From: Pirellulales bacterium
GTDB lineage: Bacteria > Planctomycetota > Planctomycetia > Pirellulales > PALSA-1355
Length of the DNA: 64,000 nucleotides
NCBI GenBank assembly: GCA_963733035.1
Contig: CAVTBU010000005.1
Span: forward strand, 800,001-864,000
Direction: 5' to 3'
Shown here: one piece after another, positions 34,072 to 46,436 of the stretch
How the letters are laid out: the number at the start of each line of letters is the position of its first letter
How positions within the stretch are numbered: position 1 is the stretch's first letter
Program-made: the position numbers and the translations under genes
Notes under the pieces: generated by a model
Told to the model about the DNA's origin: nothing
The model's database searches: none
The model's input: the letters and a program-made list of their open reading frames with translations, nothing else

Positions 34072-34099
34072 ATTCTAGAGGCTTATAGATTCCTGTCAA
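34072..34099 (-). promoter_or_regulatory. rRNA promoter (proximal)
   Basis: TTGACA-16 bp-TAGAAT. Confidence 0.8.
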
Positions 34100-34244
34100 C
34101 GGCCCGTGCCGAATTTTTCAGCGTGAAAAACTCGCGGCCGTTCGCAGAGGATCCCTCCAGAACGGGCGGCAAAGACTTTCGCTTGGCGTCAGCCTTGATT
34201 TCCGCCTCCATCTGAATACGTCACCCGTCTCAGATGGTTCACGC

Positions 34245-34272
34245 ATTCTGGTGAATTTCGGCCCCTTGTCAA
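34245..34272 (-). promoter_or_regulatory. rRNA promoter (distal)
   Basis: TTGACA-16 bp-CAGAAT. Confidence 0.65.
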
Positions 34273-34360
34273 GCGGTCGCACGTTGCATTCGCCCCGCCA
34301 CGCCACTTGGCAAACTTTTCCGCCGCGCCAATCCGCGCCGATCACCAACTCAACCCGGTT

Positions 34361-35320
34361 TCAATACGCAAAGTCCACGATCAGCGGCCGGTGGTCCGAA
34401 CCCACCGCCGGTCCCACCTGCCGATCCAAGATCGCAATTTGCTGCGAAACCAGACAATGGTCGATCGGAATTCGCAACGGCAACGGAAACCACGGCCAGG
34501 TCGGTTCCACGCCAAATCCGCGGCGGCTGTCGCGCAGGCCCGACACGTCCAACAGGTCCTGAAAAAACGGCGACCAGCCTGTTGTATTCAGATCGCCGAT
34601 CACCATCACCGGACCGCTGCGGGCGGCGGCCAACTCGGCCACTTCTCGCAGCTGCCTATTCCGCACTTCAAAATTTCGGGTTGAGCCGGGGCTTGCCGGG
34701 TGCGTTGCCAGCAGCGTCATTCGACCCTGTGGCATTTCGATTCCCGCCACCAGCGTCGGCAATCCCACCCCTGGCAAGCGTTTCACCTGAAGATCGGCAA
34801 TCGGATGGCGGCTGAACAATGCCACGCCATCGGGCCGATGGCTGGGTAGCACCTCGGAATAGGGATATTCCTTGTCGAGCCGCTTTAGCGCCTCGGCCCA
34901 AGCCGGCGTGACTTCCATCAGGAAGATCACGTCTGGATTGTCCCGCTGGATCAGATCGAGCGTCGGCCCGTAGTTGCGATTTAAGAAGTGCACGTTTAGC
35001 GACAAGATACGCAAATTCGCCTTGGCACTCGGCACCTCGTCGGGACCGAAATACAATGGCAGAATCACCGCCAGGTTGACGGCCGCGAGCAGCGCGGCGG
35101 AAGTCCCCCAGACCCATCGGCGCAAGAAAAGAAACAGGCCCGCCGCACCCGCCAGGGCCCAAAAATACTGCACGCGAAAGTGACATAGCAATTCGAATCG
35201 CCAGGACTGCCGACCATTGAAACCTGCCAGGGTTGCCGTACCGGCGGCCAGCAGCAGCATGACCGCCCCCAGAAACAGCGTCCGGCGGAACCAAATCCGG
35301 ACGGGTCGATGCTCCTCCAT
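34361..35320 (-). CDS. Membrane-anchored endonuclease/exonuclease/phosphatase-family protein
   Basis: ELLCHFRVQY, SLNV, DVIFLMEV, IGDLN, IDHCL, GSDHRP. Confidence 0.85.
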   Translation of the reverse strand: MEEHRPVRIWFRRTLFLGAVMLLLAAGTATLAGFNGRQSWRFELLCHFRVQYFWALAGAAGLFLFLRRWVWGTSAALLAAVNLAVILPLYFGPDEVPSAKANLRILSLNVHFLNRNYGPTLDLIQRDNPDVIFLMEVTPAWAEALKRLDKEYPYSEVLPSHRPDGVALFSRHPIADLQVKRLPGVGLPTLVAGIEMPQGRMTLLATHPASPGSTRNFEVRNRQLREVAELAAARSGPVMVIGDLNTTGWSPFFQDLLDVSGLRDSRRGFGVEPTWPWFPLPLRIPIDHCLVSQQIAILDRQVGPAVGSDHRPLIVDFAY

Positions 35321-35445
35321 GGGCGGGGCATTCTTGTTATGATGCGGCGCTTCGGTCGTCACGGTTTCTTTCGTGCCGGCCGAATTGCCGGCCTCCTGCT
35401 CGATTTTGGGCCGCCGTCGACCCAGTCGCTTCCCTCTTAGAACCC

Positions 35446-36792
35446 ATGTCGCACGACGCCACCCCAATGGTACCTTACGAGCGGCGGCGGGCGCTGGGCC
35501 TGGGCCATGTAAACGGAGGGCTTTGGGCGGCCGGAAACTCCCTTACGACCGGCTCGCTGGTTGTCTATTTGGCCCGCGACCTGGGTGCCCAGGGGCTCGG
35601 TCTGAGCCTCATCCTGGCCGCACCCAACCTGGCCGGACTCCTGCGGTTGGTTGCGCCGGCGATCATCTATTTCGCCGGTACGGCCCGACGCGCGTGTTTA
35701 CAACTGACGCTCGCCGCGTATTTGCTCATCGTCGGACTACCACTGGTCGCCGCGGCAGCTCCGGTCCTGAGCCGCCCGATCGCCGTGGGAGCAATGATCG
35801 GCCTGCTGTTCGTCCATCAGCTTCTTGAGTATCTGGGGACTGTGGCACTGTGGGCCTGGTGGGGCGATTTGGTTCCTGAGAGGATTCGGGGGCGATACTT
35901 TGCCCGACGGCAGCGGATCCAGCTCGCCGTAACGATTCCAACACTCCTTGCCGGCGGTTATTTTGCCGACCATTGGCGCGAGCAGTTTCGCGATCAGCCC
36001 GAACAACTGTTGTTGGCCTACGCCATTCCGACCGGTTTAGGCGCGCTATTTCTGCTGGCTTCGGTGATTCCGCTCTACCTGATGCCGCCGACACGCGCGT
36101 ATCCGAGGCCAAAAGCGCCCTTGATGGCACGAACGATTTGGTCGCCTTTTGCTGATCGGCGGTTCTGGAACTTGCTCATTTTTCGTGGCTGGTTCTCACT
36201 TGCCAATGGCATCTCGCAGGTCGTCCAGAATCTATTCTTTCCGAGGTATATCCTGGGATTTGGGATCGCGCCTATGTCGGCCCTGCGGGTCGTGACACAA
36301 GTCGGCCAATTTGGTGCGGCCCGAACTGCCGGCAAGTGGAGCGACCATTTCGGCAACCGTCCGGTACTCATCGGGGCGCAGGTTTGCGTTTCATTAGCGC
36401 TCGTGTTTTACATCGTCGCCCGGCCGGATACACGCTGGCTATTGGCGGGCGCCTGGGTGCTGTTCTCCGCCTACATCGTCCACAACATTTGTCTGCCAAA
36501 CCTGGTGCTCAAGCTTTCGCCGGAATTGGAGCGCCCTGCCTATGTCGCGGCCAATGAAGCGGTCGGCAGCGTGCTGCATTCGGTCTCGACTGTCGGCGGC
36601 GGTCTGCTCTACGATTACTTGCAGGCCATGACGCCCGATTCCGCCGCCGAACCGCTACGGAGCTGCTTGATCATCCTGACCATCGGGTTGCTGATGCGGT
36701 CGTGCGGCGTGCTGCTGTTGGCCAGGATCCGGGAACCGGGGGCTTGGACGTGGCGAGAGATTCTCGCCAGCCGGCGGCAACGACCGCAATAA
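35446..36792 (+). CDS. MFS-like transporter
   Basis: About 12 hydrophobic segments, WWGDLVP..RGRYF, GKWSDHFGNRP. Confidence 0.75.
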   Translation: MSHDATPMVPYERRRALGLGHVNGGLWAAGNSLTTGSLVVYLARDLGAQGLGLSLILAAPNLAGLLRLVAPAIIYFAGTARRACLQLTLAAYLLIVGLPLVAAAAPVLSRPIAVGAMIGLLFVHQLLEYLGTVALWAWWGDLVPERIRGRYFARRQRIQLAVTIPTLLAGGYFADHWREQFRDQPEQLLLAYAIPTGLGALFLLASVIPLYLMPPTRAYPRPKAPLMARTIWSPFADRRFWNLLIFRGWFSLANGISQVVQNLFFPRYILGFGIAPMSALRVVTQVGQFGAARTAGKWSDHFGNRPVLIGAQVCVSLALVFYIVARPDTRWLLAGAWVLFSAYIVHNICLPNLVLKLSPELERPAYVAANEAVGSVLHSVSTVGGGLLYDYLQAMTPDSAAEPLRSCLIILTIGLLMRSCGVLLLARIREPGAWTWREILASRRQRPQ

Positions 36793-36829
36793 ACGGTCAC
36801 CGTGGAAGGCCCCTCCCGTTGTTGCCAGT

Positions 36830-37978
36830 CTAGATATTCGTCCAGCCGGACTGAGGCGTGTTGAACACCTGCGGCGTTACGCTGCCTTGCAGTTGTGCAA
36901 CGTCTGTTTCGGCAGCGGAAACACCCTTTGTATCGGTGAGGAATTCCAGTTCCGTCTCGAACCTCGCCGTGGCGCCAGGGGCCAGTTCCACGAATCGTCT
37001 TTGTTCGCCTTCGAACGAGCGGGGATTAGGGAAGTTCGTCCCCGGTTCGAGTCCGGTCACGTAGCCATCGGCCTCGTGCGCGGTATTCTTCCAGAGCGTG
37101 AAACAAGGGAACTGCTTCGTGCTGTATCTCAGACTCACACCGGCAGTGCCGTGGGCATTTTTCAACAGCACATGCGTCCTGCCGGCCGTGTCACATGCGA
37201 GCTCGAAGAAATAGACCTGCTCTGTGAAGCCGGCCTGCGGTGCCGCGTAATTCTGCCAACTGGCAATTCCTTCCGCCGCCCGTGGATCTCGGGGCACGAT
37301 GGCTTTGACCGGGGCGACAATGCAAGCGCCTGCGTCGAGCACGGGAGGACCGAAATTGATGTGATAGAGGAGTTGCAATTCCGCCGAATTCCCGGATAGG
37401 TTCGTCACCTCGTCGACCACCGACAGTCCATTCTGGCCGACCGTCGTCGTATAGGTCGACTTGAGGCGAAGTTGGTGAAACAAGAATCGCGTTTCATCGA
37501 CCAGGCCGCTGACGCTCAATTCACCGGTGCCGTCGTCGGCCGAAACCTCGACGTGATGCGCCGGCAGGTTTGCAATTCGGCCATGGAGCGGGTAGCGCAA
37601 CCTGCCGCTGGAGTCAAAATCAGGCGCTCCATTGTTAATCAGCCCGCAACGGCAGAGCAATTCATCGAAGCCTTCGAGCCAGCCCAGGCCGCTGGGCTCG
37701 CTGAGCGGTACAAACTGCGGATGGACGGGGCCTTTGACCGGCGAATTCCAACCGTACTGAAACTTCCCAATCCGCGCTTTCCACAGCCCCATGCCGCGGG
37801 TCGGAACTACGCTAAACCGCAAGTGCCCGTTGTCAACTTCAATCACGTCCACACCCTCGCGCTTGCCACCGCGGAGGGTCTGCCGCCGAACCGAGAAGTC
37901 GGTCCCTTTTGGGCTTTGAAACTCGGGCTCATGGATTCGCTGCTCGGAATCGGTGAGGACCCAAATGCTCTGCGCCAT
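36830..37978 (-). CDS. Aldose 1-epimerase-like protein (DUF4432-type)
   Basis: PTRGMG, GWNSPV, LHGRIAN, LYHINFG, GLEPGTNFP. Confidence 0.8.
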   Translation of the reverse strand: MAQSIWVLTDSEQRIHEPEFQSPKGTDFSVRRQTLRGGKREGVDVIEVDNGHLRFSVVPTRGMGLWKARIGKFQYGWNSPVKGPVHPQFVPLSEPSGLGWLEGFDELLCRCGLINNGAPDFDSSGRLRYPLHGRIANLPAHHVEVSADDGTGELSVSGLVDETRFLFHQLRLKSTYTTTVGQNGLSVVDEVTNLSGNSAELQLLYHINFGPPVLDAGACIVAPVKAIVPRDPRAAEGIASWQNYAAPQAGFTEQVYFFELACDTAGRTHVLLKNAHGTAGVSLRYSTKQFPCFTLWKNTAHEADGYVTGLEPGTNFPNPRSFEGEQRRFVELAPGATARFETELEFLTDTKGVSAAETDVAQLQGSVTPQVFNTPQSGWTNI

Positions 37979-38243
37979 GGTGCGATGCTCCGCTTGGGGA
38001 TTCGAGAGGATATTGACGGTCGCAAGCCGTGGATAAGCCGTGCAATGTACGAATTGCGGCCGGCATTTGCCAGGATGAGCCGTGACTTGTCAGTCGCTAC
38101 GCCAGCGAATAAAACAGGGGCTTCCGGCCGGTTGTGGGCCCGTGTAGAGCCCATCCTTCCGTCCACCTAAGTCCCCCGGCTCGTCATGTAGTTGTTTTGC
38201 CGGATCGCCAACCAATACGCTACTCCATTTCAAGAACCAAACC

Positions 38244-39492
38244 ATGGCTACCGCGACTCCCCTGAAACGTGATAACGTCAGTAAGGCACTTTCCGCGGCA
38301 CTCGATGCGGGCGCAGGACTCCTGCGGCTCACGCCAACCTGGGTACCGCGCAGCTTCCTGCATCCTGGCAAGCGGATCAAGTTGGCACCGGGCGATTGGT
38401 ATGCATTTGGGGCGCATCGCGGCGGTATCGACGAACGCTGGTTTGCCAGCACGACTGAGGCGGCCAACGAAAACCGTACGCCGGACGAAGGCCTAAGCTA
38501 CATCACGCACGGCGGCAAGCGGTTCACATTGGCCGATGCGGTGGCTGAGGACGGCGAGCGGCTCATCGGCAAGGCCATGTTCGACAAGTACGAACGGTGG
38601 CCGGTCTACTCGAAATTCTTCGACAACATGGGGCCCATCCCGCATCACATGCACCAGGGCTTCAAGCATGCAGCGCTGACCGGTCAGCAGGGCAAGCCCG
38701 AGAGCTACTACTTTCCGCCGCAATACAACAACGTCGACAACAACTTTGCGTACACGTTCATGGGCCTCGAGCCGGGCACAACCAAGGCCCAGCTTCGCAA
38801 ATGCCTGGAAGACTGGCACAAGGGAGACAACGGCATCCTCGATCTGTCGAAAGCCTATCGCCTGAAGCGGGGCACGGGCTGGCTGATCCCTCCGGGCGTG
38901 CTGCATGCCCCGGGCTCACTGTGCACTTACGAACCCCAGTGGGGCTCCGACGTGTTCGGCATGTTTCAGTCTCTGGTCGAGGGACGCGAAGTCCCCTGGT
39001 CGCTGCTGGTCAAAGACGTTCCCTCGGACAAGCACCAGGATCTCGACTTCATCATCGAACAGCTCGACTGGGAAAAGAACGTCGACACGCATTTCAAGGA
39101 GCATAATTACCTCGAGCCAATCGTTGACGCATCACGTAGTGGCAATGGTTGCACCGACCGCTGGATCGTCTACGGCACAATCGACGGCGAGCAACTCTTT
39201 ACGCGCCAAGGAACTGACGCTCGAGCCGGGCGCCAAGTGCACGCTCAAAGATCCCGGCGCCAGCGGCTGGATCACCGTGCAAGGCCGTGGCCGGATCGGG
39301 AAGCTGGCCCTGCAAACGCCCGCCATGATCCATTTCGGCGAAGAAACCGAGGACGAGGTGTTCATCACGCACGAGGCCGCCAATGCCGGCGTCGAAGTGG
39401 AAAACACCGGCAGCGAACCGCTGGTCAGCCTACGCTACTTTGGGCCCAACACGCACAAAGACCTGCCGGCCGTTGGGGACTATTTGAAGTAG
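38244..39492 (+). CDS. Cupin / mannose-6-phosphate isomerase-like protein; frameshift near 39204
   Basis: KFFDNMGPIPHHMH, KPESYYF, PGVLHAPG, EPQ. C-terminus AKELT...LRYFGP is in the +1 frame. Confidence 0.7.
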
Positions 39493-39498
39493 GAGGGT

Positions 39499-39608
39499 AG
39501 TGATTGGTGATTAGTGGTTAGTGGTTGGTGTGCAGCAAACAGGCACCAATACGCCGCGGCACCATCACAACGAATCTCCTTCGCACTAACCACTAATCAC
39601 CAATCACT
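39499..39608. repeat. Perfect 25-bp inverted repeat built of heptamers (empty element)
   Basis: AGTGATTGGTGATTAGTGGTTAGTG (39499-39523) and its exact reverse complement (39584-39608), separated by a 60-nt spacer. Confidence 0.92.
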
Positions 39609-39609
39609 C

Positions 39610-40649
<1,040 letters not shown>

Positions 40650-40650
<1 letters not shown>

Positions 40651-41130
40651 GTGATTGGTGGTTGGTGGTTAGTCACACGATGAATTCAGGTGCTGGATAC
40701 GCATCGTGGACAGGAAACCCTCGGAACCGAAGATCCAATCTTTCCGCGACTTGGTCGTTTGGCAGCGTGCGATGGTACTGGCCGAGCGAGTTTACGCGGT
40801 AACACAGGATTTCCCGAAAGCAGAAACTTACGGACTCACCGCCCAGATGCGGCGAGCGGCCGTTTCGATTGCGAGCAACATCGCCGAAGGACAAGGCCGC
40901 AACGGCAGGAGGGAGTTGCTACAATTCCTGGGGCACGCGCGAGGACCTCTCGCAGAGCCGAACACTCAAATCATGTTGTCCGCCCGACTGGGCATGTGCT
41001 CCGTGGAAAGCGAACGGGAACTCACCAGTTTGGCCACCGAAGTGGGCCGACTACTCAACGCCCTGCGGACTTCACTGAAAAAACTCGACGACGACTCCCA
41101 CTAATCACTAACCACCAATCACCAATCACT
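40650..41130. mobile_element. Heptamer inverted-repeat-bounded cassette carrying a four-helix-bundle gene
   Basis: Left arm 40650-40673 matches the reverse complement of 41107-41130 at 23 of 24 positions. Same repeat family as 39499-39608. Mobility is inferred, not shown. Confidence 0.55.
40706..41104 (+). CDS. Four helix bundle protein (23S rRNA IVS protein / Avd-like family)
   Basis: [12 protein letters not shown]...[30 protein letters not shown]. Confidence 0.9.
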   Translation: MDRKPSEPKIQSFRDLVVWQRAMVLAERVYAVTQDFPKAETYGLTAQMRRAAVSIASNIAEGQGRNGRRELLQFLGHARGPLAEPNTQIMLSARLGMCSVESERELTSLATEVGRLLNALRTSLKKLDDDSH

Positions 41131-42288
41131 ATGTCCAAACCTCTCAATATCGGCATGATCGGCTACGGTTTCATGGGCCGGGCTCACTCCAACGCTTATC
41201 GGCAGGTGAGCCAGTTTTTCCAGCGCGAGTATCGGCCGGTGCTCAAGGCCTGTTGTGCTCGCAAGGAAGACAAGATCAAGGCATTTGCTCAAAACTGGGG
41301 CTACGAGTCCTATGAGACCGATTGGCGGAAGCTGATCGAACGGAAAGACATCGACGTAATCGACGTGGGATCGCCAAATAACACGCACAAGGAGATCGTG
41401 TTGACGGCCGCCAAGGCTGGCAAAATGATCCTCTGCGAGAAGCCGCTGGCCATGAACATCGCCGAGGCCGAGGAGATGTGTGAAGCGGTCGAGAAGGCTG
41501 GCGTGGCGAACATGGTGTGGTTTAACTACCGCCGCGTACCCGCCATCTCGCTGGCCAAACAGGTCGTCGACGAAGGCCGCATCGGCAAGCCATTCCACTA
41601 TCGGGCCACGTATTTGCAGGATTGGACGATTGCCAGCGACGTGCCGCAAGGCGGAGCGGCGCTGTGGCGCCTTGACGCGAGCGTGGCCGGCTCCGGCGTG
41701 ACCGGCGATCTGCTTGCCCACTCGATCGACACGGCCGAATGGCTAAACGGCCCAATCGCCCGCGTGACGGCTGCCACCGAAACGTTCGTTAAAGAACGTC
41801 AGCATGCCGAAACCGGCAAAATGCAGCCGGTTGGCATCGACGACGCCTGTATGTTCCTGGCGGTGTTCAAGAACGGATCGATGGGCACGTTCGAAAGCAC
41901 CCGCTACGCCCGCGGACGCAAGAACTACAACACGTTTGAGCTTAACGGTGAGGCGGGCAGCGTATTCTTCGATCTGGAAGACCCACAGTACCTGCAGTAT
42001 TTCAAGTACTCCGACCCCAAGACCGGCACGAAAATCGAGAGCCACCTGACCGGCTGGCAAAAGATCCACGTCACAAATCCCGAGCATCCCTACATGAGTC
42101 ACTGGTGGGTACCCGGCTGCACGATCGGCTACGAACACACCTTCATCAACGCCTTGGCCGACTTTCTGGAAAGCCTGGAAACCGGCAAGCCCGTTCAGCC
42201 CGACTTCCGTAGCGGGCTGCGGACGCAGAAGGTATGCGACGCGGTGCTGAATAGCGCCAAAAGTGGCGACTGGGTGGAGATCGCTTAA
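41131..42288 (+). CDS. Gfo/Idh/MocA oxidoreductase
   Basis: [31 protein letters not shown]. Confidence 0.9.
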   Translation: MSKPLNIGMIGYGFMGRAHSNAYRQVSQFFQREYRPVLKACCARKEDKIKAFAQNWGYESYETDWRKLIERKDIDVIDVGSPNNTHKEIVLTAAKAGKMILCEKPLAMNIAEAEEMCEAVEKAGVANMVWFNYRRVPAISLAKQVVDEGRIGKPFHYRATYLQDWTIASDVPQGGAALWRLDASVAGSGVTGDLLAHSIDTAEWLNGPIARVTAATETFVKERQHAETGKMQPVGIDDACMFLAVFKNGSMGTFESTRYARGRKNYNTFELNGEAGSVFFDLEDPQYLQYFKYSDPKTGTKIESHLTGWQKIHVTNPEHPYMSHWWVPGCTIGYEHTFINALADFLESLETGKPVQPDFRSGLRTQKVCDAVLNSAKSGDWVEIA

Positions 42289-42378
42289 TCACTTTTGTTC
42301 GGCCGACTTGAGCAATACGACGCGTCATCTGGTTTGAAAACGTACGTAGGCGCGCGATGTGGCACCGGAGCAATGCGA

Positions 42379-43023
42379 ATGAACTATTTCGCTCATGGGT
42401 GCCAATTCGTTCACGAGCCGTACTTTCTTGCCGGCACGGCGCTGCCGGATTGGCTGAACGTGGTCGACCGGCGGCTGCGGGTGCGTACCAAGCATGCGCT
42501 GCCCCACGTCGGCGTTTCCGACCGGGCCGTCTCCCAACTCGCGGCGGGCATCGTGCGGCATCATGCGGACGACGCGTGGTTTCATGGCACGCTGGCGTTT
42601 GCCGAATTGTCGCTCGAGCTGTGTCGAATGCTGCGTAGGGATCTGCCGGCCGACGACGGCTTTCGACCGCACTTTCTGGGACACATCCTGGTTGAAATCC
42701 TGTTGGATGCGGAACTGATTGCGGAGGATCCCGCTCGGCTGGAGACCTACTACGCCGCACTCGACAACCTCGACGTCCAGTTGGTTGCCATGGCGGTGGA
42801 GCGAATAGCTCCACGGCCGGCCGAGAATCTCGCCACATTCATTGGCCTGTTTTCCCGCGAGCGGTTCTTGTTCGACTATGCCGACGATGGCAAACTGTTG
42901 TTTCGCTTGAACCAGGTGATGCGCCGCGTGGGCCTACCGCTGTTACCGGCCCCCATGGCACAGACGTTGGGCGCGATGCGGCCCTTGGTACGCCACCGCC
43001 GCAAGGAATTACTTCCAAGTTAG
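42379..43023 (+). CDS. Hypothetical protein, ACP phosphodiesterase-like
   Basis: MNYFAH, GIVRHHADD.WFH, GHILVEILLD. Confidence 0.6.
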   Translation: MNYFAHGCQFVHEPYFLAGTALPDWLNVVDRRLRVRTKHALPHVGVSDRAVSQLAAGIVRHHADDAWFHGTLAFAELSLELCRMLRRDLPADDGFRPHFLGHILVEILLDAELIAEDPARLETYYAALDNLDVQLVAMAVERIAPRPAENLATFIGLFSRERFLFDYADDGKLLFRLNQVMRRVGLPLLPAPMAQTLGAMRPLVRHRRKELLPS

Positions 43024-43051
43024 CCACCAAAACGCTTCGGAGATTCCCCCG

Positions 43052-43891
43052 ATGAAATACGGCATGAACCTGTTGTTGTGGACCGGCGACGTGACGGATG
43101 AGCATTTGCCGGTGCTCGAGAGTTTGAAAAAGATGGGTTTCGACGGTGTGGAGATTCCGATGTTCGCCCCAGATGCAGACAAGTTTGCCAGGCTCGGCAA
43201 GCGGCTCGACGCGTTGGGGCTAGCGCGAAGTGCCGTGACGGTTCGCAACGCGGCCGACAATCCGATCAGTCCGGACGCCCAGATCCGCGCCGCCGGCGTG
43301 GAGGCCAATAAGCGGATTCTTGATAGCTGCCAGGCCCTTGGCGCGCACACACTAGTCGGGCCATACCACTCGGCCATCGGCGAATTCACGGGGGTCGGCC
43401 GCACCGAGAACGAATGGAAGTGGGGAATCGACAGCATGCGACAGGTGGCCGAGCATGCGGCGAAGTGCGGGGTGACGCTGGGCGTGGAGTACCTCAATCG
43501 TTTCGAATGCTACTTCCTCAACACGGCCGCCGACGCGGTCCGATTTGTCGAGGCAGTCGGGCACCCCAACTGCAAGACGATGTACGACACGTTCCATGCC
43601 AACATCGAGGAAAAGAACCCAATCCAGGCCATCCGTACGGCGGCCCCACATACGGCCCTGATTCACATCTCGGAAAACGACCGCAGCACGCCAGGCCAGG
43701 GCAACATTCCGTGGGCCGAGACGTTCCAGATGATCAAGGAAACTGGCTATGACGGCTGGCTAGTAATCGAAGCCTTCGGCCTGGCGCTCCCCGAACTGGC
43801 GGCAGCCACCAAGATCTGGCGTAAGATGTACGACAGCGAGGAGCAGCTCGCCCGCGAGGGCCTGGCGTTCATGAAGCAGCACACGAGCTAG
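43052..43891 (+). CDS. D-psicose/D-tagatose 3-epimerase-family protein
   Basis: GFDGVEIP, EYLNRFE, YDTFHANIEE, HISENDR, IEAF. Confidence 0.85.
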   Translation: MKYGMNLLLWTGDVTDEHLPVLESLKKMGFDGVEIPMFAPDADKFARLGKRLDALGLARSAVTVRNAADNPISPDAQIRAAGVEANKRILDSCQALGAHTLVGPYHSAIGEFTGVGRTENEWKWGIDSMRQVAEHAAKCGVTLGVEYLNRFECYFLNTAADAVRFVEAVGHPNCKTMYDTFHANIEEKNPIQAIRTAAPHTALIHISENDRSTPGQGNIPWAETFQMIKETGYDGWLVIEAFGLALPELAAATKIWRKMYDSEEQLAREGLAFMKQHTS

Positions 43892-43973
43892 CTGCCGGGT
43901 CGGAATTCAGATAGATTTGCGCCTCGTATGAGTCCGCTTGCCGTCGAGGGAACCGGACGCCTATAGTGCGCGT

Positions 43974-44744
43974 ATGGCACGCTCGCAAAAAGCAAGCGGC
44001 GAACGCAGCGAATCAGCCGGAGGGCCGCCCGCGCTTGCCGCACAATCTGAAACGTCCGGACTGGCGCTCGATCAGCTGAGTGCGGCCCTGGCCGGCATGC
44101 TGGATAGTGGTGCCGATCCGTATACGCCCGCGTCTGACTTGCAATTGCAGACCGAGGCCAACTCCGCAATATCCGACAGCAGCCCGGCCAACGACGCCTG
44201 CGAGATTACACCGCGCAGCATCTTGGAAGCCATGCTGTTTGTCGGCAGCCCGGCCAACGAACCGTTATCGAACCGTCAGGTCGCGGCCCTGATGCGCGGC
44301 GTACGGCCGATGGAGATTGACGGCTTGGTGAGTGAATTGAACGCCGACTATGAGCGGCGGAATTGTCCGTACACGATCGTTGAGGAAATCGGTGGCTATC
44401 GGCTGAAGTTGCGCCCGGAGTACGATCGACTGCGTGACAAATTCTTTGGCCGCACGCGCCAGGCCCGTCTTTCACAAGCCGCAATTGAAGTCCTGGCGGC
44501 GGTAGCCTACCACGAACCGGTGACCGCCGACGAAGTCACCAAGCTCCGAGGGACGGCCAGCGGTCATGTCTTGTCCCAACTCGTTCGACGACAACTGCTG
44601 CGGCTTGAGCGAACCGAAGCGAAACCAAGACGGCATGTGTACTGGACAACCGAGCGATTTCTCGAACTGTTCGGACTATCAACGCTCGCCGATCTGCCCC
44701 GGAGCAGTGACCTGGAGCCGCCCGCCGGAGCCACGGGGAAATAG
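43974..44744 (+). CDS. scpB: SMC-Scp complex subunit ScpB
   Basis: ILEAMLF, GGYRL, LSQAAIEVLA.VAY, TTERFLELFGL..LADLP. Confidence 0.88.
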   Translation: MARSQKASGERSESAGGPPALAAQSETSGLALDQLSAALAGMLDSGADPYTPASDLQLQTEANSAISDSSPANDACEITPRSILEAMLFVGSPANEPLSNRQVAALMRGVRPMEIDGLVSELNADYERRNCPYTIVEEIGGYRLKLRPEYDRLRDKFFGRTRQARLSQAAIEVLAAVAYHEPVTADEVTKLRGTASGHVLSQLVRRQLLRLERTEAKPRRHVYWTTERFLELFGLSTLADLPRSSDLEPPAGATGK

Positions 44745-44983
44745 ATAATCTGTTTGCTAATAATCACTTACACTCTCTTTGCGAGAACCTGCGCAGGCGC
44801 GCCCAAGGGGATTGCTAGAATAATGCACTGGTTTGACGGATGCTGATTCGCAGGACCCATCGCGGCGCCCCGTGGGCGTCTGCCGGATTCGCCAGCCAAC
44901 GCGAGGCGGTTTAGGTGTTTCGCGAAAATGGAATCTCGTACGCTGGCGGTGCTTAACAGGTTTATTCTATTGCGTCCCCACTC

Positions 44984-45700
44984 GTGGTAGACACGCCCTC
45001 CTCTTCCCGCCGTCGGCGCTATGCGGAAATGCGCGCTCGGGCTCCCGTCGTCGTGCCGTCACTGTTGCTGTGCGATTTTGGACATCTTGCCGATGAAGTC
45101 CGGCGTCTTGAAGACGACGGGGCGCAGGCCCTGCATCTTGACGTGATGGATGGCCATTTTGTGCCCAACATGTCATACGGTTTGCCGATCGTCTCGGCGG
45201 TTCGCAAAGTGACTCAGTTACCCATTGAAACGCACCTGATGATCTCCAATCCGGCCGACTATATCGAGCGATTTCATACGGCTGGCGCTAATGCGGTCAC
45301 GTTCCATTTCGAGGCCGTCGACAACCCGCGCCCTCTGTTGGATAAGCTGCGATCGCTCGATGCCGAAGCCGGTTTGGCGATCAACCCGGAAACGCCCGTG
45401 GAGGCGATCCGCCCCTATCTCGACGTTCTCGACGTGGTGCTCGTCATGAGCGTTTCACCAGGCTTCGGTGGCCAGGCCTTTGAAACCGTCGCACTGGATA
45501 AATTGAGACAGCTTCGTGAATCAGTTGATTCTCATGTGATTCTAGAAGTCGACGGCGGAGTGAACGTCAAGACAATCGCCTCGTGCGCCGAGGCGGGCGC
45601 TCATTCATTCATAGTCGGCTCGGGAATCTTCAAACAGCCCGACTACGCCGCTGCCATGGCCACATTGACCGGCCTGGCGCAAGCCGCTGAAACGCACTGA
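44984..45700 (+). CDS. rpe: Ribulose-phosphate 3-epimerase (start uncertain)
   Basis: HLDVMDGHFVPN, HLMI, MSVSPGFGGQ, EVDGGV. Confidence 0.92.
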   Translation: MVDTPSSSRRRRYAEMRARAPVVVPSLLLCDFGHLADEVRRLEDDGAQALHLDVMDGHFVPNMSYGLPIVSAVRKVTQLPIETHLMISNPADYIERFHTAGANAVTFHFEAVDNPRPLLDKLRSLDAEAGLAINPETPVEAIRPYLDVLDVVLVMSVSPGFGGQAFETVALDKLRQLRESVDSHVILEVDGGVNVKTIASCAEAGAHSFIVGSGIFKQPDYAAAMATLTGLAQAAETH

Positions 45701-45743
45701 CACTCGCATAGCCAATTGAATTTACCAAGGACGCAATAAGAAA

Positions 45744-46328
45744 ATGGTCCGGATCGTTTTGATACGCCCTGCCGCCACGGAATACGATGAGCAGGGTCGC
45801 ATTCTGGGCACGCTTGACATTCCCCTTAGCGAGCAGGGCGAACGCGACGTCTCGCGAATTATCGACGAGATCCGTCCGCTGGCCATCAACGCCATTTATA
45901 CGGGTCCCTGCCAATCGGCCTGCCAGACCGCGACGGCAATCGCCGAAGCGCTGGACGTAAAACTGAGGAAAATAGAAAGTCTGCGCAATATTGACCATGG
46001 ACTATGGCAGGGTATGCTGATCGAGGATGTCAAACGTAAGCAGCCCAGGGTCTTCCGACAGTGGCAGGAACAGCCGGGGATTATTTGCCCGCCTGAAGGT
46101 GAAATGCTGAGCGAAGCTCGCCAGCGGGTCCAAGCGGCATTGACGAAGATCCTAAAAAAGTACAAAGAAGGCACCGTGGCCTTCGTCATTCCCGATCCGC
46201 TGGCCGGAGTGGTTCAGGGAGAGCTATTGCAGCGCGAAATCGTGGATTTCTGGAAAACCCGTTCCGCCTGCGGAAAATGGGAAATTATTGACGGCGAACC
46301 GCACAATTTCGTCGAGGCACACTCCTAA
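45744..46328 (+). CDS. Histidine phosphatase-fold protein lacking the RHG histidine
   Basis: LIRPA in place of RHG, G.LDIPLS..G, GLWQG, PPEGE. Confidence 0.75.
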   Translation: MVRIVLIRPAATEYDEQGRILGTLDIPLSEQGERDVSRIIDEIRPLAINAIYTGPCQSACQTATAIAEALDVKLRKIESLRNIDHGLWQGMLIEDVKRKQPRVFRQWQEQPGIICPPEGEMLSEARQRVQAALTKILKKYKEGTVAFVIPDPLAGVVQGELLQREIVDFWKTRSACGKWEIIDGEPHNFVEAHS

Positions 46329-46436
46329 AAACTGACCGAAATATCGCCGCTGGCGTCTAACGATTGCCGATGGTGACATAGATAGACGAATCAACAACCT
46401 GGCTGCCCCCTAACCGGGTTCAGGTTTCAACAAAGC

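Noticed and set aside
40690..41130. 532-aa ORF extending the Gfo/Idh protein across the four-helix-bundle gene
   Set aside because: The extension is an alternative frame of the four-helix-bundle gene plus repeat-derived ITNHQSP. The family N-terminus starts at ATG 41131.
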